64,000 bases of DNA, from the NCBI GenBank assembly GCA_965235115.1, contig OZ249441.1:27714001-27778000 (forward strand), written 5' to 3'. A program made the translations under genes and the position numbers. The notes beneath the pieces are model-generated. The model worked only from the letters and a program-made list of their open reading frames with translations. It searched no databases and was not told where the DNA came from. Of this stretch, positions 25,701 through 39,412 are shown in pieces. This stretch comes from Laetmonice hystrix (taxonomy: Eukaryota). Numbering within the stretch: the stretch's first letter is position 1; each line of letters begins with the position of its first letter.

Positions 25701-26730
25701 CTTGGCATTTGTCTGATCGCTATTTGAATGGAGCAAAGAGGATGACCCCAATCAGAAATCCTCAAATCAGGGTTTGGGGTTGTTTGCGGTCCCAATTGGA
25801 TGACTGCTTCTTCTGGGTATTGACTTTTACATCTAGATAATGCAACATTATCACCAGTTTTTCATTGACTTGAGGACATGGTTTAGAGACACCTTTGAGG
25901 AGCTGGCTGTTGACCGCGCAGTATGCAGTGTATTGATGCACGATCCAGTATGGTGTTAGTATTTGAGCGCCACCCCACATTTACTTGAAAATACGTTAGA
26001 GAAATTTTATTTCAGATCTTCCTGTTTGGAAGGGATGCGCTATAGGGTTATAGTTAGCGTGATTGGTTCAAGATTCTCCCTTACCGTATACATGTACACA
26101 TGCATTATCAGATGATAGAAGATGTCTGCAAACAACATGGTTTATGAGCGATGACTTTAAGAATTTCTTACATTGGTCCTATATCCGTTACTGACACCCT
26201 TCACAACATAATCAGTAACACAGCATGTCCACGACTCTCTACCACCAACAGACAGAACGTGATGGATTATATAAGGCTGGGAGTTCCACTTCTCAGTCAG
26301 TTTGAAATCAACACAGTGATTCTAGAACCGCTTCTGAAGACCTACAAATTAGTTGTAAATAGCCTTGATGTGATCCAGGTGTGCGAGGAGAGCGGACGGC
26401 GTTTGATCGTGAACGGTATAGATTGTGACAGAGTATATCGAGAGATGAACAAGAAGGGTGTTTAACACGACCAGTCGGGACGACGTGTCGGATTGTGTCA
26501 TTGAGGACATCAATCATCAAGATGTGGTTGATTTACACCTGAACCCCGGGCTATCAGTTTGTGAAGTAGTTGCCAGTTCTCCAGACGTGAAGGAGTTCCT
26601 AGTTCTCCAGACTAGGGGGCAGCAAACTGGGCGGTGGTGGTGAGAGTCTGGACAGCCAGCCGTGAGCGTTGGCTCCATCGACTGCCACTGGAAACACTAC
26701 ACAGCAATAACAACCCCAGCCGCCGACCCC

Positions 26731-26789
26731 GCCTGACCCCCACCACCACCACCACCACCACCACCACCACCACCACCTCCACCTCCACC
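26731..26789. repeat. (CCA)n microsatellite
   Basis: Run of caccaccacc... with cct variants. Confidence 0.9.
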
Positions 26790-29700
26790 AACCAAAGAGA
26801 CAATTCCCACTCAGAGCAGCGAGCTGGACGGAAAAATATTTGCAATAGGTGCCATTAAGTAGGAGACATAGCGGGGCGGTTTTTGTAGACACATCAAGTT
26901 CTTATAGCGGCCGTAAAACGGAATCGTTTGTTTTACTGCTTTTCAGTGTGATAATTTAAACAAAAGAATATTTGGCGGTGTGTGTTTTGGGGGGTTGGGG
27001 AAGGGGGAAGGGGATGGCTGGAGGATGGGCAGTGTGTGGCAGTCGCACGTGGCCTATCTGATACGGTGGCACTGAGAGGGTGGCCAGCGCCAGGACCGGT
27101 TCGTCGGGGCCTCACAGTTTCCTATTTACCGATAACATGTCGGCGCTATTTACAAGCGGCACACTTGACATGGTAAACACCCATCTTCAACCTCAGACAC
27201 ACGTCTGCAGCGACTCAAACAAACGGTACGACCTTGCCCAACTCATGTCCTCGGCTGACTCTTCGTCTCCAGGATTTATAGAATCCTCCATAAACACATC
27301 CCCGCCCCATCGTTAGCCCAACATAGCAAAGACATGCGTTTAAATTAAAAAATAAAATTGAGAAATGTTAGAATGGATGAATAAACGTTTCATGACGTTT
27401 TTATGTGAGCCAGGGAGAAACAGAATGTATCTATGATGTTTTCTCTGGACGATGATGGTCCATATTTTTCTCCTCCTCCTCTGAGATTGTTCGTCAGTTT
27501 GTGCCGCGAACTATTTTGAGTTATTGACCGTCACAAAAGATGCTAGCGGTGTCCCGCAGTCCCGCGAGGTTGCCAAAGCTGCCATTGTGGAGGCAGTTCT
27601 CAGAAACATTGGCACTGCAACAAATCTACGCGTACTTCTTTAGGTGGAAGAAACAGTACTTGTACATCCTGTTTATGAGAGAGGGGCCTGTGGCATGTCA
27701 TAGGAAGGACGTCTTTGACAGGTTGCTATGGAGGGGAGCTTAGCTGCTTTGATTTAAATGACAAACGAACTACATTTAGCAGAATTATTAGAAATCTCGA
27801 TGGTTTTTAAGCGCAGCATATCTGCAATAAAGCGTCCTTTTTTAAGGTCATATACTCGGCGAGCGGTTCCCTGATTCCATCAATTAAACAGAAAACATCT
27901 GCTTTTATTGCAATGTTATTAGGAACTTGGAGTTGGGAGGGAGTGGCGCTTGGCATGTTGCACATGTGACTAAGGCTTGATTTATACAATGAGGTTTAAC
28001 AGCATGAAGAGCGTTGATGAATCAACGTTTAAATCCATGTATGGGTACAGGGCCAGGTACTTTCTGGGTGTAATAAAACCCGCCAGATCCGGGGGGATTC
28101 ATTAGCTTCGCTCTTGATGGCGCAAAATAAATTTACTGTAACAAGATTGGACCTTTTTCATCCCCTTCAAAATTGAAGGATGTAATATGTTCCGTTGCAT
28201 GGAATTTGATACGCAATCAAGTTTGACATCTCATGTGGGATTGTGTGTGGCGCACCAGTAGGGAAAATCAAACGAGAGACGGTACTGAGGAAAGCTTTTG
28301 GCTTAGCCCAGCAGAGGTTGGCCTGCCAATAAAATTTAAACATTAAACACACACTACAGTGTTGGGTTGAATGGAAATTGTGGAATACTTTACTATCACG
28401 GAGGGAGGGGGGTGTGACTCTTCATCATGTCACCATGAGACAATAGATCTATGTAGATGAGGATGACGATGCGTCCGTCACTGTGGTGGCGCTGACGGTG
28501 AGATGGGTAGGTCTCTATCAATTGACCCAAAACGTCTTTTAAACGTTTTGTTTGTGAAATATAACGTTTCTAACGCGTTTATTAAACTGGGTTTGTAGAC
28601 TGACTGCTCATGGCCTGTGGGCGTGTCAGGAAACACGCATTGTCTATCGTATGGGGGAAGTAAGTGTGTGTATGAAGGGAGGGGGGGGGGGGTTGAGGGG
28701 GCAGGGGGGGGAGGCAGTAATGACAGATAATGGAGAGCCTTCACTATGGGTTGGGGCTATCGATGAAGGCTCATGTTTTATTACGGGGAGGAAGTTTATA
28801 CTGTTTGTTAGTTTTTTAAATAGTTGCCTGGGCACACAACAATACAACGAGGGCAAATGCCATGTTGGAATGACCTGGAGTATTTAGGCTCTTAAACACA
28901 TGGGTCCGCATTTCACAGGTCACAGATCCAGGCTGGCTGGCACGGGTCAGTGCCTTCATTATCGCCCATGCACGTGACGAGCGAATTACGTAAGTGGACC
29001 ATTAAAGTCGTTAATAGAAGTAAATTACTCCCAACTACGATCGATTGTAAACAACGAACAGCAGGCCTTGTACACAGCATGTAGTTTTCCATCAAAGATT
29101 GGCAGTTTCATCGATAAAGCTGGAAGTTGGCCACTATTTACACTTCACCTAGTTTTAGATTGCCTTAACCAGAATCACAAACATGCGTTCCAGATTGGAA
29201 TCAAAACAAGCACAGCGCCACATTGCAAGGAGTGTATTAAACAGGTCATTGATTTAAAAGTTTAAAAAAAAGGAGTCTCTTCTTCTGCCAACTGTGCCAA
29301 TTCCCGCGTCCTTCTGACCACCTGTTTTGCATGACTGAAATTGAGAATTAGGTCACCCAGTTATGAGCTTTCAATAAGGAGATTCGGGATTAAAAAGGAG
29401 AAGGACGAGATGTTTGCATGGATCAACATACTTGGGGGTGCTCTCAGCGGAGCGATATGATGCCGCAATGAAAGACTTGTGAGGGAATATGGAATAAAAG
29501 GGAATGTGTGCAAGATGTAGGGAATATGGAGTTTCTGCCTGGTAGGGGGTTTCCAAACATCCAAGTTTAATACGCCATTAAATTTTAATATTCATGTTCA
29601 GATAGAGAATGAGGTAACGAAAGTTGGCCGATCATTATAGGAATAACTAACACGGGGAAACGATCGGGTCAAGGCCTTATGGCACAACCACGCGGGCGCA

Positions 29701-31654
29701 GCGGGCAAACTGCGCAGTTATTATTTTTAGTGACGCCTCATAAATGGTAATTTTACTACCAGGAAGTTATTTAACTGATTTTGCAATATTTGAGTGTTTG
29801 CAAAGTCAAACGGATTGAAGAATTCATAATATCTTGTGTCGGATTATAAAAGTAATTAGTTCATTTCTTGGCCTCATGTTTTTCAACGTGACATTTCATA
29901 TTGAAATGAGGCCAAGAATGTAGAAAGGAAATGATGTGTAATCCACGAATGTGGGTGCTGCAGGGCGGCTTCCCCGTCCTACTCCGATCACAACCTAAGA
30001 GGTTTACACCAAATTATAGATTTGCCTGACATAGTGTCTTAAAAGAGACAGACTTATACCCCTCTCCCCCTTACACCACACCAGGCATTGTGTTGAGAAG
30101 AAGGAAAGATTAATGCTGTATTGGGGGACTTTCAGCCCCGGCACCTTAAGCAGAAACAGGTGGTCTACCTGGCTCGTTCTGAGATTAATATTGCATGTTT
30201 AAAATGTCAGCGAACACCTGTTCATCCTGGCTGATCAGATTGGGATTTGGTGAGGCTCGAGCAGTTCTGAGGCAGCAGCAGTTGATTGTATCCGAAACGA
30301 AACAAGAATAAGTGGCACAACGGCTCTTCATTCAAGGGACAAAGGCTTTCCGATGTGGAATGGAATTATGGCAATTTCTAATGGCCAAATGGTGAACCTT
30401 AAGAGTTGTTGAGATGGGAATAAGCCGATTTGTCAGAATATGATGAAAAATAGACCAAATCAAGTCTCAGAGCGATTAAGACATGAAGTCTTACCCAGTT
30501 AAGAACTAGGACAGACGGGACGTGGTAATGAATATGTTGTATTTGACAAACCTTAAACATTTAACCTGCCATAATTTGGTTGAGGCAGTAAGAATGAGTT
30601 CCTGTTTCCACTGCCAACCAACAGTGTTGTTCCAGGAAAACTTTCCACCCTGTGATGAAGTCTAAGACGCAGTTACCTGATTGTATTGTGTGGATCACGC
30701 TACAGATAATGTATTCCAAATATTGTGGTTTTAAGTATTACGTGATTAAGTAAGGCTGTGTGTGTATATTGATCTGAAGTCAATGCTGCGATTGCAAGTT
30801 TACAGTTTCATCAATAGTTTAAAAAGGAACAAGTAGGTCAATAAGACAGATTTTAATTGCAGAGACAAACTACGCAGTTGAAAAGCTTCCCTGCGGGTAT
30901 TTGGCAGTGGTTTTCCGCTAGCCTACTTCCCCCGTGAGAGCAATTGTTTGTTTGGAAACAGGAGTTTACCTGATAGCACGCATAAGACAATCTCAAACTT
31001 CAGTGAGCATGAAATCGACAACTTAATCCAAACTTCAGTAGTCCGGTGCACTTTTTATTTTCCGAGAGGTATTTTCTGGCGTTAATTTTATCAGGAATAA
31101 GCAAAGTCTGTAACAGGTGGGTTTGATGGCCGTCAAATGGAAAACGATTGCTAAGGAAAACGCAATCAAATGTTTGCTCCTGTGGTTTTGTTTTTATTGT
31201 TAATTTCATGTGACAAGCTTTGGGAGCGTAGAGGTTGGTGCAGATATAAACATCTCCCCATCATGTACTAATTCTCTGGCATGAACCAGGGTATTCTGTA
31301 GGTAACTCAGGAACAGGTATACTAGTTACCTTGAAACAATTCCGCCTAACCTGTCGATATCGTGATCTAGTCCCCCCCCCCCTCCTCCCGGTAGCTACGC
31401 CACTGGATACAACTAAGGATCACTTACCCAGCCTAATTTAGAGTTAGATGAATATGTAGAAGGAAGGAACTACAAGCAAGAGCTACAAGTGCGGCAGGGT
31501 CAGTATCACCTCGCGGGGACACGCCTTAAAAGTATCACCAACGGAAAATCTTGTATGAAACAATGTGTCACAGACAAACTACTAAAGGCACGCCCTGCAA
31601 TTGTCAATACCAGCAGGTCCTATCACTACCTGTAGACTAAGAAATATTGAAATT

Positions 31655-32260
31655 TCAGGAACAGGAAAAAGACTGGAATCTGACAATAGGAGCGAAGTGT
31701 AAAACTGTGTCAGGATCTTTTTGACAAGACGATCTTGCCAGCTGAAAGGTCGTCCTTTTGTACGTGATCACAGGAGATTCGAGGTTGAATTCTCCGATAA
31801 GCTTGCGCGTAATGCAACGTCTCCCCCGATTCTTTAAGACTTTAAGTAGGCAAAACCTGTGTGATTTCAGGTTCCCGTGCGACAGAAGGTTAGTGGGTGT
31901 ATTTCCTAAGATGATGTCAAAGCTTGATGTAATTATATTTGACGGTAAATCAATTTTTAGGTGATGTTTAATGGAGGTGGTTGGTGGAGAAAGCATTCTC
32001 TGGATGATGTATAATTTCGTGATGGCATGTTATCTAGTCGTTGGGGTGGCCGATTGTCACTGGTGGATCGTTCTCATCGGCTTTGACGGGGCGTGGGGGT
32101 GGTTTGGTGGGATTGTAGGAATCGTGTCCCAGGGTTTTAATGTGGCTTTAATAAGGAACACATCTACCTGATTCAGGCAGCGGGCAACCATTAATGGAGA
32201 ATGAAATTTGGTTAGTGGAGATCGAGTCGGCGGTGCGTTCGAGAGGACAGTAAAAGTCAA
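31655..32260 (-). pseudogene. Possible decayed non-LTR retrotransposon AP-endonuclease
   Basis: ORFs 32057-32260 and 31655-31996 are in the same frame, separated by two stops. Motif-like order TVLSNA..RS, NQVDVFLIKATLKP (cf. D-V-x-x-I-x-ETWLKP), LIGEFN (cf. IxGDFN). Spacing is somewhat long. Confidence 0.35.
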
Positions 32261-34527
32261 CCTGATAACAATGTATGGTCGGATAATTATTGTGCAGCGC
32301 GATCCGCACGACCGACAGATGCAGCTTCAGAGAGCTGGAGCTTCATAGAGCTGAAATCGAGGCCACGGAGATGTATCATGAAAGTAGGGTGTGAATATGA
32401 ACCGAGGAATTTAACGAATTACAGGCTAAAATGAGTGGGCCCACTGTGTAGCATTTGCTTGATGCTCGACCCTCTTTGATTGAAAAAACAACAACAGGTG
32501 TTTTCCTTTAAACCCAAAATGACATGGAAACAGAATGGAAAAGGGTTTGATATACAAGTGCCTTCACAGTCTTAAAGGCTGACATGGCATAATCTCTTTT
32601 TTATCTTTTCAGGAATTCCACACAAACGAGTATTTAATCGGTGAGCAGCATATGGCCACTGCCACCCGATCCTTTCTCCAAACATTGTGACGGTGTGACA
32701 AATTACACTGATGTCACAGGTTTAACACATGTCTCCTTTCCTTTTCTTCTTCTCCATTCATCCCTTTTCTTCCCCATGCTTTCCCCGTCTTTTTTCATGC
32801 TTCATCACCCCTCATTATGTGGCTGTCGCTTGTCCTCCGCCCTTTTCCCACTTGCAGTGTCTTTATCACTGGCCCAGCTCTCACGTCGTTTTGACGAGTG
32901 GCAAGAAAGGGCTTCATTGTCAGGTGCGGTGACTACGGTTTACCCCCACCTCGTTGGCGATGAAAGAAGCGAAGGGGAAGCAGCGGTTTTGTTGCCCAAG
33001 CCTCATTTTGTAACCCCCCTGTCATTTCAGAGCCAGAGCTTTACAAAACGAACATGCCCTCGGTGGCCTGTCAGATGAATACATCGTGAATATCGGCCAT
33101 TTGGACTGACCATTACATGTTCTTGTATTCGGTGGAGGGGTGGCCAGATTTGGACGTGTGATTGACATTTTAAGTTGGCCGGGTTTGGGTCGAGTTTGAG
33201 CAGGTGGACGCGACCCAACAGGGCAGTCGACAATGGTGAGGCTGACTGTGAAGGAACCGCGGGTTTTCACGGCTTAATGCGTGCGTAATGACAGCCGACA
33301 TGCGATGAATAAACTAATGACCACTCAATCCGCAAATCATGATTCCGTATGCGTTTAGAACCTGCGTGCGTCGAGTCAACTCCTTTCTCCCCTAGAAATT
33401 TGTCATACTTGAAACTTTGTAATCAGCGGCCATAAAGTAGGTTAGTAAGCGTATTGCGTGTTCCTGCAGGCGGAACTCGGGCCGTAGTGCCAGTTAGCTG
33501 TAGGCACAGAGGACAAGTAATGGATTGTTTTGTGTTCGTTGGTGAGGATCAAGAGTCAACATAAGGGAGGGGGTGGGGGGGTATCAACACTGACGAGCAC
33601 AACAATGCCTTCCTCAAACGGTGCAATAGACGTCAAGAAGTATTGAAGTCTTAGGTTCGGTATAATACAATTAGAATATTAGGGGTGATCACCTTCACCA
33701 GCTTTGTCGTAATCTTATAGCAACTCTAGTAACTTGCACAAAATAATGAAATGAAGCGAACTCTTTGGTATACAAGTGCCTTTACAGTCTCTCCAAAGGA
33801 GGCTATCGTATATCTGCGCGTGTATATGACATTGTATCACGCGGTATGGTATCACCTATCCGGATACTCTCAATGAATGATTTCACCTTGACTTAGTATA
33901 CAAATTCAGCGGAAACTGCTACCGACACTCCATGACAAAGACCCCCCCCCCCCCCCCCCCCCACCTCCAACCAGTAGTTGGTCGGTATCAGAAAGCTTGA
34001 GATGAGGCCAAAACATGTCCATTACTGGCTCGAGCAAAGCCAAGACTGGAGGCCGATTGTATGGCACAAAGAATGGCACGTCTTGGCCTTCCAACACCAT
34101 TGCTGGTGCTGCCATGGCCGCCCACCAGAAGGTTCGACTTGATGCCAATTCTTCTGGATCCTCCCACGTTTTTAATGGAGATTTATAGGATATTACCTAG
34201 GGGTTTTATTGAAAGTTAATAGCACTGGTTGTTTGTAAACTTGGGTCGTCTTTGGTGTTAAGTCATGAGAGTGGAAGGCGGTGTGGTGTTTGTCATATTG
34301 AAGCAACCAGAATACGCATTATGTTTAGATCTATGCCAAGTGTGCAATAGACTGAGAAAAAGTGACTTGACATCTTTCCGCTGTGTTACCTGGACAAACA
34401 TCTGTCACTTCTTTGAGACCTGAAAAAGTTAAAAATTGAATTCATGACTTGAAGGTTTGTCGTTGTGAGATAGTCCTTGTGAGATTGTCCGTATACAGTA
34501 GGCCAATAGGTTATTATACATAAGGAT

Positions 34528-34720
34528 GCCGCGGTGTCTCCGTGGTTTAAGGCTCCTACTCCTAGCCACAGGGCTTCTCAATTCAGGGGTCGAATCTCCT
34601 CTAAGCTGCATTTTGTAAGGTTTTCCAGTTACTTGCTGGTAGTTTTCAACGGGCACTCCAGTTTTCTCCACCAGTGAATTTGACCGCCTCGAAATGTCCC
34701 TGGCTGTTCGGAGGTGTATA
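34528..34720 (+). mobile_element. tRNA-derived SINE, copy 2
   Basis: Head gccgcggtgtctccgtggtttaagg (A-box-like) ... ggggtcgaatctcc (B-box-like), then core cagttacttgctggtagttttc...ccagttttctccaccag...tgaccgcc...ccctggctgtt, homologous to the copy at 18161-18342. Confidence 0.7.
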
Positions 34721-35295
34721 ATCGATTTTATCCCCCCCCAACCGATAATCCCGGGGTTGATATAGTTTTAATGTCTCTTACTAATTTGATTAAATCTTGT
34801 CAGTGTGTATTAATCTCTTACAGGTGGTTTTACTGTGCCGAGTGTATAATATGTTGCATCCTTTTGGTATGTTTCAGGTGAGTTTCCCGTGCCTTTAATC
34901 TCATAGCTGTATGATAGTACGGGTCGTAGGTAGGTAAGTGGTTTGGTATGCTAATATTACCGGGGTGTGGACTTCCCGGGCTGCGATTCAAGGGAACTGA
35001 GACTTATTGCATCGAAGTTGACATCGTGGGAGCATATAGAAACGGATTAAAACAAACTGCGTGCTTGTCTCTGAGGCTGCGCCATGTTGACCAGAGACTG
35101 TGTACCGTGCGTCTAGGAATACCGGCAGTGGAATTCCTGCCACAAGAAAAAGTTCATGAAATCTTTAAATACCCATGTAAGTGGAAGGAGTCGCTGACAA
35201 ACGTATGTGCTGGGGAAATGAAACCTCAACATCGTTGGGTTATAATGAGCTCCAGTCGCAGCTTCTGTAAAATATTTATTCTTGTTGTGGGCAAA

Positions 35296-35453
35296 GTTAA
35301 TGATTTTCTGCATAAAAATGCATTAAACCTAATATTAACATAATGTTATATATTTGTCAAAGCCGGAGTTAAGGTTAATGATTTTCTACATAAAAATGCA
35401 TTAAACCTAATATTAATACAGTGTTATATATTTGTCAAAGCCGGAGTTAAGGA
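35296..35453. repeat. 78-bp tandem duplication (2 copies)
   Basis: gttaatgattttct(g/a)cataaaaatgcattaaacctaatattaa...gtcaaagccggagttaag occurs twice in tandem. Confidence 0.9.
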
Positions 35454-36467
35454 ATGGGTGTTGGTATTCATGAGACGGCCTGTGAAGTTAAAAAGCTGCG
35501 TAAATTGTTGTTGGAGAGTGGAAGTCCAGCAGGGGCATGGCTTTAGGCAGAGAGTATAATTATGGAGTACTCTAAGGGAGGGGGCACGTCTCTCTGTAAT
35601 TATGATAATACAAAGGCGAAATTACACCAAGTCATTCAAACATCCACCCGAGACCCTTTTTCACAGGGGCAATGCTGAATATGTTAACAGAATAAAAGAT
35701 TTCAATTCCAGAACTTTGAAATCTCCGATGAGGCTGTAATGTCAGAGATTCAAACAAATGCAGTCAAGTGAATTCTGCCGTTTTCTGCCCCCTGTCCTAT
35801 ACCCTAGTCACAGTACCACTGAGTAGTAGATGTCATTCATGATGCGCGATTGATCGATTTAATGTGAACGTGTGAGAAACCCTAAAGTTGGCACTACTTT
35901 ACCCTAAGTCGACGTTTTGATTGGTAAGGTGACACCCAATACTAATATTTTAATCACCCCGACCCACAGGCCAGGCGCCGATCCAATATGTGTCATATCT
36001 CTTACGCAGTTGAAATATTAGCCTTGTGTACAGATAAGGCGCCGAGCTAGTCGTTCGCTGCAATGAAACGGTATGCGGAGAGAAGCATGTGGACATGGTG
36101 AAGTGGTTGGTCTATATATATATACGAGTCTGATGCTATAACTGAGAAATAACTGCTCACTGTGTTATTTCTCTCAAATGTTGGCCGCGGGTTTTATTCA
36201 ACGGCTGTGATATTTCCCTGAAATACTTTCTGGCTATGGCCTTTCTGTATAGAGTGCGCATGACTATATGTGAAAACTTGCAAGCACTATATGATATCCC
36301 ATTGTGTGGTTCTATAGTTGTGTTATAATCTTGGTCCTTCGTGGCTCGCATATCTGTCAGAGGTCATAAATATATATATATTATGGCTGGCTTATATCTG
36401 TCAGGTATCCAGTGGTTGTCATCTTAGTCATATATGACTGCTGTCTTGTATTTGTCTGGTTTCCCAT

Positions 36468-37071
36468 GCATCTAGCCGCCTGGTATCTGTTAGATGCCCT
36501 ACCTACATGTCCCCTGGTCATGGTATCTAGCCGTCCGGTATCTGTCAGATGCCCTACCTACATGTCCCCTGGTCATGGTATCTAGCCGTCCGGTATCTGT
36601 CAGATGCCCTACCTACATGTCCCCTGGTCATGGTATCTAGCCGTCCGGTATCTGTCAGATGCTCTACCTACATGTCCCCTGGTCATGGTATCTAGCCGTC
36701 CGGTATCTGTCAGGTGCCCTACTTACATGTCCCCTGGTCATGGTATCTAGCCGTCCGGTATCTGTCAGATGCCCTACCTACATGTCCCCTGGTCATGGTA
36801 TCTAGCCGTCCGGTATCTGTCAGATGCCCTACCTACATGTCCCCTGGTCATGGTATCTAGCCGTCCGGTATCTGTCAGGTGCCCTACTTACATGTCCCCT
36901 GGTCATGGTATCTAGCCGTCCGGTATCTGTCAGATGCCCTACCTACATGTCCCCTGGTCATGGTATCTAGCCGTCCGGTATCTGTCAGGTGCCCTACTTA
37001 CATGTCCCCTGGTCATGGTATCTAGCCGTCCGGTATCTGTCAGATGCCGTACCTACATATGTCCCCTGGTC
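36468..37071. repeat. Minisatellite E, 55-bp unit, about 11 copies
   Basis: tggtatctagccgtccggtatctgtcagatgccctacctacatgtcccctggtca in tandem; period measured 36521 to 36576. Confidence 0.96.
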
Positions 37072-38810
37072 ACCAGTCCGTACTCGTGCCTCCTGCTCTA
37101 TGCGTCGGTTATATTGCTGCTTTATACAAAATGTGAATTCGCTTAGTGAGTTAGTATTTTTATTTATATAAAACGGGGGGGATTGGTAGAGTTGGTAGAG
37201 ACAAATGAATGCCAGTGATGGGAATCATTAGGGGGCCGGGAGTGGTGGAAGGATTATCGGGACCATCCATCCCAACCCTTCCGAGTTTGGCGGAATTTTT
37301 TTTACTCTTTTCCTGCTTTTCCGCCTTACTGTCTTAGTTTTCCGCAAATCTGTTGGCTTTTTCTTCCGAATTCATGCATGAATATCATTGGTGATTGTAA
37401 GGGTAAAGCCACCTCAGTACTTGGTGAGTATAACTAAATTCTGGCTCCTATATGTCCACTGGCATACGCAGAACCACAGTACAAATATCCTTGGTCTAAT
37501 AAGTGTGAAAAAACATATTGTCTGTGGTGTATAATCACAGGGGCAGTTCACTGTGTTTTTATACCATCATGCCGCACGGCGACACATTGCTCAGCCCCTG
37601 TCGAGTACATTCTGAAGTCCAAATGTTGGGAGCTCTGCAGTACGGAGGAAAGGGCTGGGAGGGCATGCCCCATGTGGGCGGTCAGGTAAGACCTCACTGA
37701 GTGCAAGTGTTTGAGTTTATAGTTCTGTATAATCAGGGCCCACGTGCCACCAATCATCAGGAGATTGCCAGGCCCTTAGTTTGGAAGAGAGGCGGCCAAA
37801 TTAAGGTTACCTGCCATTTGCAGATTATTGGGAGGCATTGAGTCCTCATCATAACGGATGCCAAATCAGGTAATGGCCCTCCCGGAATGAACATGTTCGG
37901 GTCTCCAAACAGTATTGGGACAAATTAATATCAAGCTGACATGAAAGAAACATATAAAAAGGCCGAACCAAATCTTTCATCAGCGCTGGTCGTGAGTTAG
38001 GATGGCTTCAGGGTTGGGTGGCATTGATCATAAGAGCAACTGGCAGTTCCGCGGCACTTTTAATCAACACAAGGATGGCAGCATATAGAGGAATGGGTGT
38101 GGAAGGTTTATTAAGTTTACTGAAGCGAATAGAGACCCTAACATGATAGGAGAACAAACATTGAATGAGTCCAAGCACTGGTCGTTAATGTTATCCCTGC
38201 ATGCAACATGGAGTGTTTGTCGTCGTTAACATGCAGGGCTGCTAGCAACAGGCTGCAGACTGAGGAAGGCGGGGTTTGAACACAACAGCCCCACGGCCTC
38301 AAACTGACATCAAAAACCCCCCTCCAAAAGGGGTGTAACTGCAGGAACAGAAAGATTCACCTCAACGCTGCGGGAACAACCCGACCATTTTGCTCGCGGA
38401 GAGAAAAGACGCAAGTAAAGGGGTTGATGGTGATGGTTTGGAACCGCAGGCCCTGCCACAAAGAGGATGGGTTCTTCTGAACGACCGACCGACCCGAAGT
38501 TCACTTTGCCCGCACTAAAAACATCCCTTGACAAAGTCGCTTTCACATGACGAGACCCCCGACACGGAAAGGGTTGACATTGATCTCTGCCTGTGTCTCT
38601 CGGTGGGTACCACTCACATGGGATGCCGTTTTGTTTGATTTGTTTACTAATGTGGTTTTATATTTACCTTTAAGTGGAAGCTACGTAAAGAGCCTCATGT
38701 TCAGCAAGGCAAACATCGCCAGGCTTTGCTTCAGAGATCCAGGTTCTCATCTGTGCGGCTGGGCAATAGTTCTGTGGTTCGAGACCCCGCTTAACTTGGA
38801 TGTTCCCTGG

Positions 38811-39412
38811 TGAGGGACCCAGCTTAGGTTAGAACGTGTGGTGAGGGAACTATCTTAGGTTGGATGCGGCGGTAGAGGGTTTAGGTTAGATCCTGGGGTG
38901 AGGGAACCATCTTAGGTCGGATCCTGCGGTAGAGGGCCCAGCTTAGGTTAGAACGTGTGGTGAGGGAACCATCTTAGGTTGGATGCTGCGGTAGAGGGCC
39001 CAGCGTAGGTTAGAACGTGTGGTGAGGGAACCATCTTAGGTCGGATCCTGCGGTAGAGGGCCCAGCTTAGGTTAGAACGTGTGGTGAGGGAACCATCTTA
39101 GGTTGGATCCTGCGGTAGAGGGCCCAGCTTAGGTTAGAACGTGTGGTGAGGGAACCATCTTAGGTTGGATGCGGCGGTAGAGGGTCCAGCTTATGTTAGA
39201 TCCTGTGGTGAGGGAACCATCTTAGGTCGGATCCCGCGGTAGAGGGCCCAGCTTAGGTTAGAACGTGTGGTGAGGGAACCATCTTATGTTGGATGCTGCG
39301 GTAGAGGGCCCAGCTTAGGTTAGAACGTGTGGTGAGGGAACCATCTTATGTTGGATGCGGCGGTAGAGGGTCCAGCTTATGTTAGATCCTGTGGTGAGGG
39401 ACCCAATTAGGT
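38811..39412. repeat. Minisatellite F, 62-bp dimeric unit (about 30+32 bp), about 10 copies
   Basis: gagggcccagcttaggttagaacgtgtggt plus gagggaaccatcttaggttggatgctgcggta; period measured 38932 to 38994. Confidence 0.95.

Noticed and set aside
30100-30230. VLGDFQ as an endonuclease GDFN motif
   Set aside because: A single motif with no other endonuclease motifs in order.
31583-31592. TAAGGCACGC, the start of miR-124
   Set aside because: The match ends after 10 nt and there is no hairpin.
33960-34200. KTWEDPEELASSRTFWW as an RTE LINE C-terminus
   Set aside because: The resemblance covers fewer than 20 aa, with no upstream RT or tail evidence.
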